Shown here: positions 27,300 to 40,420 of the stretch, in pieces | How the letters are laid out: each line of letters opens with the position of its first letter | How positions within the stretch are numbered: position 1 is the stretch's first letter | DNA from: Lama guanicoe | Taxonomy: Eukaryota | DNA length: 64,000 bases | Direction: 5' to 3' | NCBI GenBank assembly: GCA_013239625.1 | Contig: MU054323.1 | Coordinates: forward strand, 14,307,950 to 14,371,949 | Program-made: the position numbers and the translations under genes | The notes under the pieces: model-generated | The model's input: the letters and a program-made list of their open reading frames with translations, nothing else | Told to the model about the DNA's origin: nothing | The model's database searches: none

Positions 27300-27800
27300 T
27301 TCTCTGCTTTTTTTTTTTCCCTTTTGTCCTCAGGCCTCTGTTCTTTTGAATCCATAACTTCCCAAACACTGTACTCACTCTTCAACTACTATGTGTTCAC
27401 TAATGAATGGTAGTCCTGTCTCTGTTATTATCCAAATCTGCAACTCCAGCAACCTAGCAGATATCTCCACTTTCATGTCTCATATTTAAAATGGAAATAA
27501 TTAAATCAGTCAGTCAAACAAATGGAATGAAATAACAAATCTAACTCTTCAGCATGTTTAGTTTTTAAAGTGACGTCATGAATAGATTGAATCACTTAAG
27601 GCAAATTTGTCTTTATTTCCTTGATAGCGCTATTCTCTACTTTGCCTCTTCTAATAGGTCTTCAAGTCTTGAATCTTCAGTTTTGTCTCTTTAATCATGT
27701 GTGCTTTATACATGTCCTCTGCCACTCAGTTCAGACTTCTGTAATTTCTTATGTGACATAAGGAAAAGAGCCTCCTATATTTCTTGGTTGTAATCATAGT
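27300..27800 (+). mobile_element. L2 fragment
   Basis: Pyrimidine-rich, with CAACCTAGCAGATATCTCCACTT and CTCAGTTCAGACTTC motifs. Confidence 0.45.
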
Positions 27801-29327
27801 CTCACATCCATATTACTTAGGAGTGGTGAATCATGTTAGTAACAGATGTGGAGTTAAAAACTGTGTTTTCTGTGCTAAAATAACCTATATATTATGTAAT
27901 TTTTAATAGATTATTTGTTTTTCAGTGGCTCTGATATCTACATTACAGAAAACATTTAAGGTTATTAAGGTTAAGATGAAAGGTAAAATATATGGTAAAT
28001 TTCAATTGATTAACAGCTACAAGATGATCTGGGAGATCACAGGGTCAACGGTAAGGGTGGTTATCAGTTCTACTATATGCATTATCCAAAGTTGCAAACG
28101 CAAGAGAACCATTTCCTCTTTTAAAAATAATCTTGGGCTTCCACTTTTGACAAACTTGTCACATATAAAGCTTGAATTGAAGTAATAAAAATCCTGTACT
28201 TTTTTGAGCTTAAATAACTCAGTTGGACCAACACTTCATGTCTAGAACAGCAGACTAAATTTAATTCAATTGTAAGGGGAATGAAAAAAGACTGCAAAGG
28301 TAATGGAAATATACTACCCCATCAGTGCAAAGCGAGGAAAGTCAAAAATGTGAAATAGTGAAGAAAAGTCCTCTGGAAGGAAATTAATTTGAAGAGATTC
28401 CTTTAGACTAATTGCCCATCTACTGTATGGGAAGTAACTTAAGCCATTTGGAATGAAGTTTACTTTAAAAAAGGAAGTTTCGGCAATGCGTTCACAGTGG
28501 ACTTCAGCAAATCTCAACGTTTCTTAATTTTTAATTTTTAAGCTGTTTAATCTGGTATTGATTATCGTTGGTACTAACCAGTTTTATCTTGGATGCATAT
28601 TAAAATATCAAGCCAAACTTTGGTAAATAAAAGTAGCATAGGAAAAGTCGGAAAATGATGGTGGGGTAGGTAATGGTGATTTCTATTTTGAACTTATTTT
28701 AGCCATTCGATAGACTGTATTGATACTGAGCTGAAGGAAGCATGGACAAACCACATTTTAATGGTAATTTGTTTCTCTGGCCGGAGGCCATGGACTCATT
28801 TTAGGTCAGAGAATGACTTCTAGTCATATTCATTCTTGTTCAAATACAGTAGCTATAAGCAGTTTCTCCATCTTGTTGTCTTATTTGCTGAATAATACAT
28901 CACATGGAAAAACAAGTGTAGAATAATTAACTGAATGTAGCACAGGGGCACACTTAGCCTATGAGGGGCTATGCCATACTAAAGGAAGTGTCACTGGTCA
29001 GAATAGTGCTCTGATGTGAGGGTTGACTGACAGATCAATTGTTATATCAGTAAAAATACATTATATTTTTAAAATAGAAATGTATATGAAGTGATTCATT
29101 TATGTCAAAGTTAGTGGAACAAAGAAAAATACAATTTAAAATGAAGTAAACAATTTTCCAGCAGATATTTGATTCTGGAATTGCCATTTATATAGCATCT
29201 TTAATGTTTAAGAATAATGCATGAAAAGGCTAAGTGAATTTTATAAGCTGTGAGTAATGTCACTGCCCAATTCAATTGTATATTAAAAAGTTAACAATAT
29301 AATAGCATCCACAGAGTTACAAGTTTG

Positions 29328-29328
<1 letters not shown>

Positions 29329-29359
<31 letters not shown>

Positions 29360-29371
29360 TCTCTCTCTCTC
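29329..29371. repeat. (CA)n/(CT)n microsatellite
   Basis: Direct observation. Confidence 0.95.
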
Positions 29372-30194
29372 GGAACCAAATATCTCCATATATATGCGTA
29401 ATTATATTTCGTAGCCATGAAACTTAGATACATTAATTCAAATTTTCACTTCTTTCCTATTTTGTCTGTGACAAAAACAAAACAAACGAGATCAAGTAGA
29501 AAACACAAATAACCATGAACTTTGAGAGCAAGGTAGTAATTCAACCAGATTCTAATATCTCTAGCTCTCTTAATAATAGAAATAGCACCTGGGTGTCCAA
29601 CATATGAATAGAAGTTCATTTCATACCCTTATACCTTGTTAAGGGGTACCAGATGGAGTCAACATTAGTGGTTCCCAAGGAGACAGAATATTTTTATTCA
29701 TATTGGGAAAACAAGAAACAGTCCCAAGGAGAGGCTATAATTCCTGATACATTTACTGAGAATTTCATTTACCCTCTTGATACTGACCCCTGCTGTAATC
29801 TCTACTAGGTCAAAGATGACTGTGGTAAAAAGAATCAGGAGTTGAGAAACAATAGTCTTGCTTCAACTAAATGAATGCAATAGTTTGTGCTTGTCCAGTA
29901 GAGAGATTGTTCTGGTCTCTTTGAAGTTATGGCTAAGGTAAAATCTGATGCCTTTAAGATTTCCCAGACTTAAGTGAGCATGTAGGCCTCTATCTCTGCA
30001 CACACTTTTTAAAATAGGATACCAAGTTCAAAAAAGCATAAACAGTAAGTTGCAAGATTTAAGGGCAGGATCACAAAAGAATAGTGTTCTCAAATCACCT
30101 TGTAACTTGTTTAAAGAAACGAATTAAGCAATTATCATGATCAAGAATTTATTTCATCCTATCACTATCTTTCTTTTTATATGTGTAATAAGTA

Positions 30195-30400
30195 TACCAT
30201 GTGCCAAGAGCTGTGATCAGTGTTTTAGAAATGCTACCTTCTTTAATAGTGACCCAATTCTTAAATATTTTATCAGTAAGAAAACTGAGACAGAGAGACA
30301 TTAAGTAATTTATCCAAGGTCATCCAGCTAGCAAAGGGTAGAGATGGGATTTGAACTCCGACCACAGGACTTTGGAGTCCATACTCTTAACTATTACAAT
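30195..30400 (-). mobile_element. MIR
   Basis: AAGAAAACTGAGACAGAGAGACATTAAGTAATTTATCCAAGGTCATCCAGCTAG...GGGATTTGAACTC. Confidence 0.8.
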
Positions 30401-30435
30401 GTAATCTTATTATATAAATTTGGAAGAAGTCTTTT

Positions 30436-30472
30436 TTTTTATTGATTTATAATCATTTTACAATGTTGTGTC
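30436..30472 (-). mobile_element. Extremely 5'-truncated young L1 insertion with TSD
   Basis: T-run plus ATTGATTTATAATCATTTTACAATGTTGTGTC, flanked by duplicated TGGAAGAAGTCTTTT (30421 and 30473). Confidence 0.85.
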
Positions 30473-33400
30473 TGGAAGAAGTCTTTTAAAATAACTAGTG
30501 ATGTTTGATGCAAATGAGATTCCATATCCAAAATTCATCATTCATGGAGTTGAAAAGAAGATCCCTAAATTCATCCTAATCCTCCATACACACACCTGCT
30601 AAAGCCTAATATACCTGGCAAATATTTGGCACTTGTTATATATTTGCTGAATCAACAAATAAAAGAACACAGTATGAATATCCAAATCAACTCAGACAGG
30701 AAGATGGCATCATCTAAAGCTCATTATTTCTTGGAATAGTGGTTTTGACTCTATTGCACGGTGATAACACTACTTTTGATGTTGCAATAACTCAATCATT
30801 ATAAATACTATAGGCATTGGGATCATTATGATTGGTCAGCTCAGTGATATCCATTAGATTGGGAGTTGATCAGAAAGAAATAATGTCTAAATTTGGGTAA
30901 AGAATTTTGTGTTTTTAAAGGAGAAGGAGATAATGTTGTCTGCAGGAAACGAAATATAAATGAATATCAGTTGCTAGAACTAAAAGTAGGTGCTGTAGAA
31001 GTACTTGTTGATTGATGCTTTGGATCAGTGAATTGTAACAAATTCAGATTTCTTTATTTAACTGACATTTCTATAATCATATCTTAGTAAACCAAATCTA
31101 CTCTTGGAATAGTCTGTTGTTTCGTTGTGCCCTCTTTCAAGACCAAAGGTTTTTCTTAATTTCAGAAGGCATTTTAATAAGCAATTATTTAAATACAAAC
31201 TATGTGGTCAAAGGCTATTGACTGATGAGAGATCGGACTCTGACAACATTAGGAAAATTAATGAAATTATAATGAGAAAAGAGACAAATGCCAGTGGGGG
31301 AGTAAGGTGCAATGTCTGTACCCTCTGTAACATTTGTGGAAAACTTCCAAGAGGGCTTCTCTAAGGAAAAGGCCAATTATTTCAGATGGCTCCTCTGTAA
31401 AGTCACAGGTCTGTAATCTCTTGTCAAAATGTATAACTTTTAGAAAAGAGTAGAAAAAAGCTATGGATGAGTGGGGAAGTGCTGACTCCCATGGAGAAAA
31501 TGATTAGGCTCAAGATGACAGCCTGTTCTGGAGGATGACAGAGGAACCCCTTGCCAAAGCAGAATGTAACAGTTTCATCTCTAACATATTGGGTAAAAAG
31601 TCCAGGGGAGTTCATGATTTTCATGATTTTCTCCTTAACATACTGTTTAAGAATGTCAGAAGTGTCCTGACTACTCATGGAAAGATTTTTCAAAATGGAA
31701 ATCTTAATTAATACCCATAACATTACCTGTTTAAATAATGACCAACACCTAAGCCCTCAAAAGTCGACCAATGACAGGAATATGAATAGCTGTATTTATA
31801 TTTCAGCAGAAAAACGGAACAAAATAAAGCACCAATGAATCAATGATCCCTTCCCCAAATTTTCATTTGCTATATTCATCAAAAAAATTTAAGATGACAC
31901 TTTAGAAAATAGAACAAAATTAAGTCATTGAGTTTTTGCCTTTAAAGTATTTTGGGTAAACAACATTTTCAAAATTTTCCATCATCTAATTTCCACCTGA
32001 AGGTTTTGAATCATATAAAGTATAGAAAATCTGGCAGTAGAGGATATTTGAAGCATAAGAATTTGCAATATATTAAATTTAGCACCCAGGAAACCACTCA
32101 CTTTTAAAATAAAGTTTTCTACATTTTAAAACCAGTTCTGTCCTCTGAGTATACTTGAATGCCCTTCTTCCTTCCAGTGGCCACTACAACATTATCCAAT
32201 CTGTATCTACGCCAAATTTTCTCTGTGTCCATACTTTCTCAACATTTTTAACTGCCTCCCTTTTCATTGCCTTCTTTCTGTGCCTAATTCCCTGAACATG
32301 GAAACCACAAAAAATGAGACTAAATAGAACAGTGTAATTAAGAAATACATCTAAAAATAAAGAGAAACTGTGCATTTGAGTTTATGCAAATAGAGGCAAA
32401 ATTCTAAATAGGAGAGTATGTCTCAGCCTCTTTAATTTACATGCCCCTTAAGTATACAGAAAAACCCCAGAAGCCTTTCTTTGATGTTATTTAACATTTC
32501 AAAACACAGTGAAAACAAATCATGTTATAAAACTAATTTTTATAGTGAATTTTTTTTCTAACTATCCAAGACTTCCTTCTAACCTTTCCCTCAATTTGAT
32601 GTGTTATCCCAAGGGGTCATGATGCCCTTTCTCATGGAAGAAGCACTTCACCAGATTTTACAAACAATTGAGCAAAATATTCCTTGTCCATACATGGGTC
32701 CACTAGACAATTTAGAAATTTCCTGTGGACATTTGACAAATATTTGTGTTGTAAATCAGAACATCAGATCTGTAGGGAGATCTCATAAAATTGTGGCAAA
32801 CTAAAGCCACATCCATAGCGAAATTGGCAGCTTAGTAATCACAAGCTTCTATGAAATCAACAGGGAAAAATGAGAAACAAAACATTTCCAGACCATCTGT
32901 ATTTGCCAGGTACTTGCTCTGATGCCTGTGAACCTGTTGTTCTTTAGGCACAGACACAGTATAGGTAAGGATAAAAATGTGACAAGGACTAAACAAAACA
33001 TTCACTTCAAATAAGGCAGTTTCCTCCCATTCTCTCTCACTTTTTAGTAGTCTGATTGGTTTACACTGCAACAAAAACATCTGAGAAATTCAACTTGTCC
33101 AAGATGCAAAGTCACCATGTCTGGGCTTTCGGCCGTGGGCCAGGTCTCTGCTACAAGTGCTGGGACCATGAACACAACAATTACAGGCACTAGGGTTAGA
33201 CTCAGTTATAATTATAGGGCAGGGATATGTTCTTTCCATTGGCATGTGGAGGATTGCAAATGGGGAGAATGGGGAAGGATCAGGGGCTCAGAGTCTGTGA
33301 GATGATGGAGAATTTCTGTACTTCATTATGAGAAGGATGCTTGGTTATAAGTAGACAGTTGGCTTTAAATCTCAAAGTTCAACATAGGAAAGTAGGAAAT

Positions 33401-33601
33401 GTTTCCAGCCAAAGGATTGGATTTAAGGACCCCAACTTAAACAGTGCAGGTGGAGAGGATCCAAACTGGTAAATTAAATTCAAGTCTGGGAGACATGAGC
33501 TATAAAGTGAAAGAAATACAGGTATAAGAGCTACCTGAAGTAGCAAATTCCCAGACATGGGCTAAGGTCTATCAAACGACAGGTTCTAGTAGGTTCATAG
33601 G

Positions 33602-34075
33602 TGTGGAAGGCTGAAAAATGGTTCCCAAAGATGTCCATGTCCTAATTCCCAGACTCTGTCAATATGTTACTTTACTTGGCAAAAGGCTCACTGAAGATAG
33701 GACTGAATTAAGAATTTTGAGATGAGGAGTTTATCCTTGATTTTCTTGGGCTCAGTGTAATCACAAGGTCCTTATAAGAAAGAAGCAGAAGGATTAGAGT
33801 TTGAAAAGATGATGTGACTATGGAAGCAGAGAGAGAGAGAGAGAGGTATATGACGATGGACGGAGGGGTCAGAATGATTCAGGGTCTTAAGCCAATGATG
33901 ATGGGGAGCCTGTTGAAGCTGGAAAAGGTAAGTGAACACATTCTTCCTTAGCACCTCCAGAAGGAAGGAAGCCCTGCCAAACCATTTTGAACTTTGTATC
34001 TCAAGAACAGAAAGATATTCCTTTAAGGCTCTTTATTTGTGATAATTTATTACAGTGGCAATTGGAAATTAATAC
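33602..34075 (+). mobile_element. Solo MaLR LTR (MLT1C/D-like)
   Basis: TGTGG..AATGGTTCCCAAAGATGTCCATGTCCTAATTCC to TAATTTATTACAGTGGCAATTGGAAATTAATACA. Confidence 0.85.
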
Positions 34076-34566
34076 AATGATGTAATATGAATTAGAAACC
34101 AGACAGGGGCATACAACATAATGAAAGATAGAAATTACATATTTACATATAGGGAATAAAAACATAGGAACCTAGGAACAATAAAGTTTGGACAGAAAGC
34201 CCAAGGAAAAACCAATAAAACATAAGCTGTTCTTACATTTGCTAAAAGAACTGCTTATATTTTCCCTTCCCATGAATAAGACAAGGCTAAGTCAATAGAC
34301 ACACCTGAATGGAGGTAAAGTTTATGCATATAGAAGACAGACAAAACAATACTATGATCCAGTAAAACACGAGCAGGGAGACTATCAGTGCCCTCCACAA
34401 TGACATCCTGAAAATTTCAGGGTGTAGTTAAGCCCAAATATTGCTGCTCTTTGTGTCATATGCTATGGATATATCCGTCATCCACTAATTTATAAGATTG
34501 CTTCACTTTCCCATAAGGGACAAAATGACTCATTACCTCTACTCTCTCACTTTTGTTTATTTGTAT

Positions 34567-34697
34567 GGTTGGTTTTGTTGTTGTTGTTGTTGTTGTTGTT
34601 GTTTTGGGTCGGGGAGTAATTAGGTTTGTTTATTTATTTAATGGAGATACTGGGGATTGAACCCAGGACCTAGTGAATGCTAAGCATACCCTCCCTC
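34567..34697 (-). mobile_element. Camelid (Vicugna-type) tRNA-derived SINE with (AAC)n tail
   Basis: Minus strand reads GGGAGGGTATGCTTAGCAT..AGGTCCTGGGTTCAATCCCCAGTATCTCCATTAAATAAATAAACAAACCTAATTACTCCCC. B box GGTTCAATCC is present; the A-box segment appears deleted. Confidence 0.8.
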
Positions 34698-35140
34698 GCT
34701 AAAATGCCCTTCATTATTCATTTTATATCTTAATAATTTAGCAAGAACAGTGTCTTAACATAGCTTCACTGCAGGTTGCTGGCATGTATAACATTCAATA
34801 AGGACTCACTAACCACACACTAATAACCCTCATATAAATAATTAAACACACCCTGGGCACTGAAACCCTCTTATTTCAACTCTAGAGAGAAAAGCAAATA
34901 GGATTTTCTTATATACAGGTGCTACTTTTTCTGTAATCTTGGCAAACCCTAGAATTAGCTTCTTAAGTCACCCCAGTCTAAGTGTTTCTGAAATCCTCCA
35001 CTTACAGATAAGGAACTTGTAATGCCCCACTGGAAAAGAAAGGTAGAGAGAAGAATTGCCAGAGTGAGATGCTGAGTCAGATTAATTATAAAAGCTTGTC
35101 TGACTCCTACCTCTAACCCACTGACCTTCAGAATTAAGCC

Positions 35141-35464
35141 TTGATGGGGGTTGTGTTGGATCTGTGGATTGCTTTAGGTAGAGTGGCCATTTTGATAGTG
35201 TTGATTCTTTGAATCCAAGAGCACAAGAAATCTTTCCATTTCTTTGTGTCATTTCAGTTTTCAGAGTATAGGTAACCTTCTTGGTTAAGTTTATTTCTAG
35301 GTATTTTATTGTTTTTGATGTAATGGAAATGTCTTTGCCAGTTATAAAATTCTGGTTTTTGAAGTGAGAAAAAAAAAGTGAAGGGCCACAAGTGGCAAAA
35401 TATCATTCTTTTTTATGGGTGAGTTGTATTCCATTACATACATATATATATATATGTATGTGTG

Positions 35465-35500
<36 letters not shown>

Positions 35501-36066
35501 TATATACTGCATCTCCATTATCTATTCAACTATTGATGTACACTTACGATGCTTCCATATCTTGGCCATTATAGATAATGTTGGTGATAATAGCAGGGTG
35601 TATGTATCTTTTTGAGTTAATTCTTATTTTGTGGTTGGCTGTATTCCTTTGATAACTATGTAAGTTTGAAAAGCTAAAGCTCTAAACGTTCTTAGAAACA
35701 ATGAACAGTACATATATGTAAATTTTAAAATATATGTGCAGTAAAAAAAAACTATCAAGCTGTGAAAGAAATAGAAGAAACTTAAAAGACATATTACTAA
35801 ACGAAAGAAGCCAGTCTGGAAAGGCTACAAACGGTACGATTCCAACCAAATGACATTCTGGAAAAGGCACAGCTATGGAAACAATAAAAAGATCGTGGTT
35901 TCCAGGGGTTTGAGGAGAGAGAGGGAGGAATGAATAGATGGAGCACAAGGTATTTTTAGGGCAATGGAATTATTCTGTATGATACTGTAGTGGCTACATG
36001 TCATTATGCATTTGTCAAAACCCATAGAATATACAACATCAAGAGTAAATTCTAACGTAAACTATG
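35141..36066 (+). mobile_element. Composite L1-derived retroposon (HAL1-like), copy 2, uninverted and truncated
   Basis: Same module order and linker junctions as 9017-10270. A microsatellite has expanded at about 35440-35506. Confidence 0.8.
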
Positions 36067-37814
36067 AGGAGAAAAAAAAACCACCTCTGCCCTATAGACG
36101 AGAACTGAGATCTGTAAACTTGGTTGGATAGAGAAGAAGCTGGAATCCCAGTAATGAAACTGTATGTTTAGGGAAGTTTGTGGAGTGAAGGAGAGATGAA
36201 TAGAATTATCCATGGCCCTTATTCTTCCCTTTGTTTGATACCTTCTGAGGAAAGAAGAGGAAAGAACATGAGAAACAGTTTTCCCTCCCTCTCTCTTTGT
36301 CTCTCTCTCTCTCACATACACACACACACACACACAAACACACTACCTAACTTCATGTTTTCTATATCGAATAAGTTTTATCTACCCAGGTACTTCAAAA
36401 TCAATACATGAATTTTGTGTTCTTATTTATTTAATGGAAAATTCATTTTGGATTTGGAAACAGAGTTGGTAAGGACATTGTAAACATTTTGGGATGAATG
36501 AGATTCTGAAAAATTGCTGTAATCATACCCACATTGATTGCATTAATATTATCTCTTAATCTGTTGTTAGGTTTCATCTATTTGTTGTCAGCATATTATA
36601 CAGTAAAAAATGAGGAAAAATCTACCTTTGTTTTGTGAAAGACATTGTTTTGTATTGTTGAGGGTTTTTTTTAAAGCTTATTTATGATGTACCCTAAATA
36701 ATTTTCTGTGTGCATGCAGGGGAATAATCAATATACCTTCCTTTTCAATTGAAAGTTGTGTTCAGTAACTCCCACAGTTCTATAATTTCCAGTTTTATCT
36801 CTGCATTCGAGTAAGAAGCAAAATCTTGTAAGTGGACACAGCAGAACAAGAAATAACCTGCTAGAGGAGAATGTTGTTTGTGGAGAGGATTCTCTTTCTC
36901 ATGGTTTGAAGGTGAAGGAGCCTGTGGTAATCATTCCCACCTGCCCTTTCTGAATCACCTTATTTATTCTCTAAGGTGGGGTGAGGCAGTAACTTGTGGG
37001 TTAAGGCACTGTTTTGCTAAGGCCGCCACCAGCAGGTACCACAGGGCAGAGTAACTACAGCCAGAACTTGAGCACAATAAAGACACTGGAGTTAATACTC
37101 ACTCCAGTAAGATTTGTGCTAGTTTTCTCCCAGTTCATTCCAGGCCTGTCAACATTAGGAGATAGAAAGTATTGCTTCTAACTTACCTGTGACTTGGGAG
37201 TTAGGCCATTGTCTGACTCTGACTCTCTGTTACTTCAGTGGGGAGATAAATGCTTGTTGTAATTTACTTCTGAGGTGAACCATTCTGAGATTCTGAATTT
37301 CATTCAGGTCATGTGTGTGTGTGTGTGTGTGTGTGCACACAAGTCGAAGTGTATTTGTGCGTGTGTGTATACATAAATATACATGTGTTCTTTTGAAGTT
37401 TGCTTTCTTACTCAGCATCTTTTAGACACACTCCATATCAGTTCATAGAGGCCTTTATTGTTTTTGTAGCTGCGGAGTGCTTTGTTGTGTCTGTGTACCG
37501 TAGTTGATTCAACCATCTCCTATTTTAGAAACTCTTAGAAAGGTGTCAGTATTTTATCATTTAAAATAGTACTGCAGTAAATATTCATTCTCCTTACCAA
37601 ATAAACACACAAAGACTAAGAATGTAATGGGTACTCACTAAATGCTTGAGGGAGTAAAAAAAAATCATTACAAGTTGATGATTAGCTTCTTTAAAAAGAA
37701 TGAGTTAAAATATGTTTAATAATGACATCATTACCATCAAGCTTTCAAGATAACTCAGTTACGAGTATTTTCTTTCTCAGTAAACTTCAGTTACTCTGTA
37801 AGTATTTTGCTCAC

Positions 37815-38385
37815 TGTAAGTTAATTTTATGTATCATCTTGCCTGGACCATGTGGTACCCGGATATTTGATCAATATTATTCTGTGTATCTCAGTAAGGG
37901 TGTTCTTGGATGAGATCAACAATTGGATACGTCGACTGCGTACAGCACATTGTCCTCCTTAATATGGGTAAACTTCATCCAAGCAAGTGAAGAACTTCAT
38001 AGAGCAAAAATGTTGAGTAAGGAGATACTCCTCCTGCCTGGCTGTTGAGCTAGGGCATCTATCTTCTCTGGCACTTAGCCTGGAACTTTTGTCTCCCTTG
38101 GTTCTCACAACTTTGGATGAGGACTAAAACTGCGTCATTAACTCTCCCCAGTCTCCATTTTGCTGTATGCAGAACTTGGGTCTTCACTGCCTCTGTAGTT
38201 ACATGAGCCAACTCCTTATAATTAATCTCTCTCTCAATTATATATATATGGATACATAATTATATAAATGTAAACACACAATGCAATTATATCAATATAA
38301 TACGTAATGTATTTGTATGTAATATATACAATAATAAATATATAATATATATATATCCCTATTGGTTTTGAAGAACCCTTGACTC
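37815..38385 (+). mobile_element. MLT2-type ERVL LTR
   Basis: GTTAATTTTATGTATCA..., GGATGAGAT, ATGAGCCAA.TCCTTATAAT, ATCCCTATTGGTT..GAAGAACCCT. Confidence 0.75.
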
Positions 38386-38718
38386 ACCTAAGCCATTTTA
38401 ATAGAGACTGAGTTTAAAACAACAATCCCAAATAGCAATAATAAAACAAATCTTCTTTGCTTCAAATTGTTTTTTTTTAAATTTTGTTTCTTTCTTTAAA
38501 ACTTCATACATTTTTTCTAAAATATATGTACCAGGGATTGAATAATGTGTGCTTCAATAACAATAACTGCCTAGTATCTCATTTGGGCTTTGCATGCAAA
38601 ATTTCACTGAACTTCAATTTTCAATTTTCAAAAGTTATTATAACATATATACTTATTTATTTACATATCTGTAAAGTAATATATATGTTTGTGGGTAGAT
38701 AGATGAATAGGTAGATAG

Positions 38719-38797
38719 TGTATTTGTCAGGGTTCTTTGGAGAAAGAAAACCAATCGGATACATACATACATATATATATATATAGAGAGAGAGAGA

Positions 38798-38835
<38 letters not shown>

Positions 38836-39073
38836 TTAGAAATCGGCTCACAAGTTTATAGAAGACAAGAAGTCCCACAGTCGGCCTTCTGAAAGCTAGA
38901 GAATGAGGAAAGCTGGTGATGTAATTTCATCCAAATATGAAGGTGTGATAACCAGAGGACCACTCATGTTAATTTCTTCCAGAAACAACCTCACAGATAT
39001 ACCCAGAAATGTTGTACCAGCAATTTGGATATCCCTTTGCCCAGTAAAGTTGACACATAAAATTAACCATCAC
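38719..39073 (-). mobile_element. MLT2-type ERVL LTR with internal deletion and (GA)n
   Basis: TGTATTTGTCAGGGTTCT...AAGTTGACACATAAAATTAACCATCACA. Flanks GATAG/GACAG may be a 5-bp TSD. Confidence 0.85.
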
Positions 39074-39857
39074 AGACAGATGAGTGATTAGATAGATAGA
39101 TAGATAGGTAATACATGTTCTACATATATACTGTCAACTCAAGAAAGAAAAACATACAAAAGCTTTTATGTGAGACTAACTTTTAAAATCACAGACATAT
39201 CTAGTTCTGCAAGTTTGAGAGTAAAATGTATAGCTCCTATCTTAAGAATCAACAGAGTAGAAACCCATTACTACCATTTTTTTTTTTAGGAAAGAAAACA
39301 CAACTGTTTCATCTAAAAATATCAAGGAAGTAAAGAAGAAAATGAATAGCAGGAAAAACAATAAATTTACTTGATGCAGCCAAATGTTGACAGATAGTGG
39401 GAATTGTAAGGCAAGACTGACAAAAATGTGACAGCAAGAAAGGAAAGATGTTAACTTAGAAATAAAGAAACAAAAATTAACCTCTGCTGGTGCCTTTGCA
39501 GCATGAATAACCCATAAAATGATCTCATGCAGGTTTTTTTTTATTATTATTATTACTGGCTCTGTTTTGAGTGGCACATCAGTCCCTGTGCTTGACTGTG
39601 CTCATCGAGGCAAAGTACGAAAGATATGATTGAATGATTAGCCAAGAAAAGAGATTGATACAAATGGCCTCTTGGAAAATTCTCAAGTCAAAATAAGTAA
39701 TTATTTTATGCACTAAGTGAGTTTTGTCTAGCTAAATGGTGTTGCTAGCCTACATCTCGTTTCATCCGTCTACACACACAGACACGTACAGATGACTAAG
39801 CCAAGGCAGAGTGGATAAGTGCATTTCTGATATCCTCCTCCTGTCTGGTACTCACAT

Positions 39858-40420
39858 GCATTTTTTTCCATCCTTCCCCCACCATAACTCTTAGCAAGTA
39901 CTGATCTTTGTGCTGTCTCCATAGTTTTTGCCTTTTCCAGAATATTACATAGTTGGAATCATACAGTATATAGCCTTCTCATATTGGCTTCATACATTTA
40001 AGTGTTCTCTGTGTCTTTTCATGACAACTCATTTCTTTTTAGAGCTGACTAATATTCAGTAGTCTGGATATGCCACTGTTTAATTATCCATTCACCTATG
40101 GAAGAACATGCTGATTACTTCTGAATTTTGGCAATTGCAGAATAAATCTGCTATAAATGTGTAGGTTGTTGTGTGGGCATAATTTTCAACTCTTTTGGGT
40201 AAATACCAAAGATTGGAGTAGGATTGCTGAATGACACTGTAAAAGTATGTTTAGTTTTGTAAAAAACCACCAACTGTCTTCCAAAGTGGCTGTTCCATAT
40301 TGTGATCCCCTCAGTAATGAATGAAAATTCCTGTTGCTCTACATCCTTGCCAGCATTGATTCTATAATTGTGTTCTGGATTTTGGCCATCCTAACAGGTG
40401 TGTAGTGGTTTCTCCATGTT
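39858..40420 (-). mobile_element. L1M 3' region
   Basis: CCTTTTCCAGAATATTACATAGTTGGAATCATACAGTAT, CCAACTGTCTTCCAAAGTGGCTG, CTAACAGGTGTGTAGTGG. Confidence 0.9.

Noticed and set aside
37021..37042. CTCF-like CCACCAGCAGGTAC
   Set aside because: It mismatches the core GGC/GGGGC positions and has no independent support.
39858..40420. Possible third copy of the composite element
   Set aside because: It shares only generic L1M 3' sequence and continues as ordinary L1 without the diagnostic linkers.
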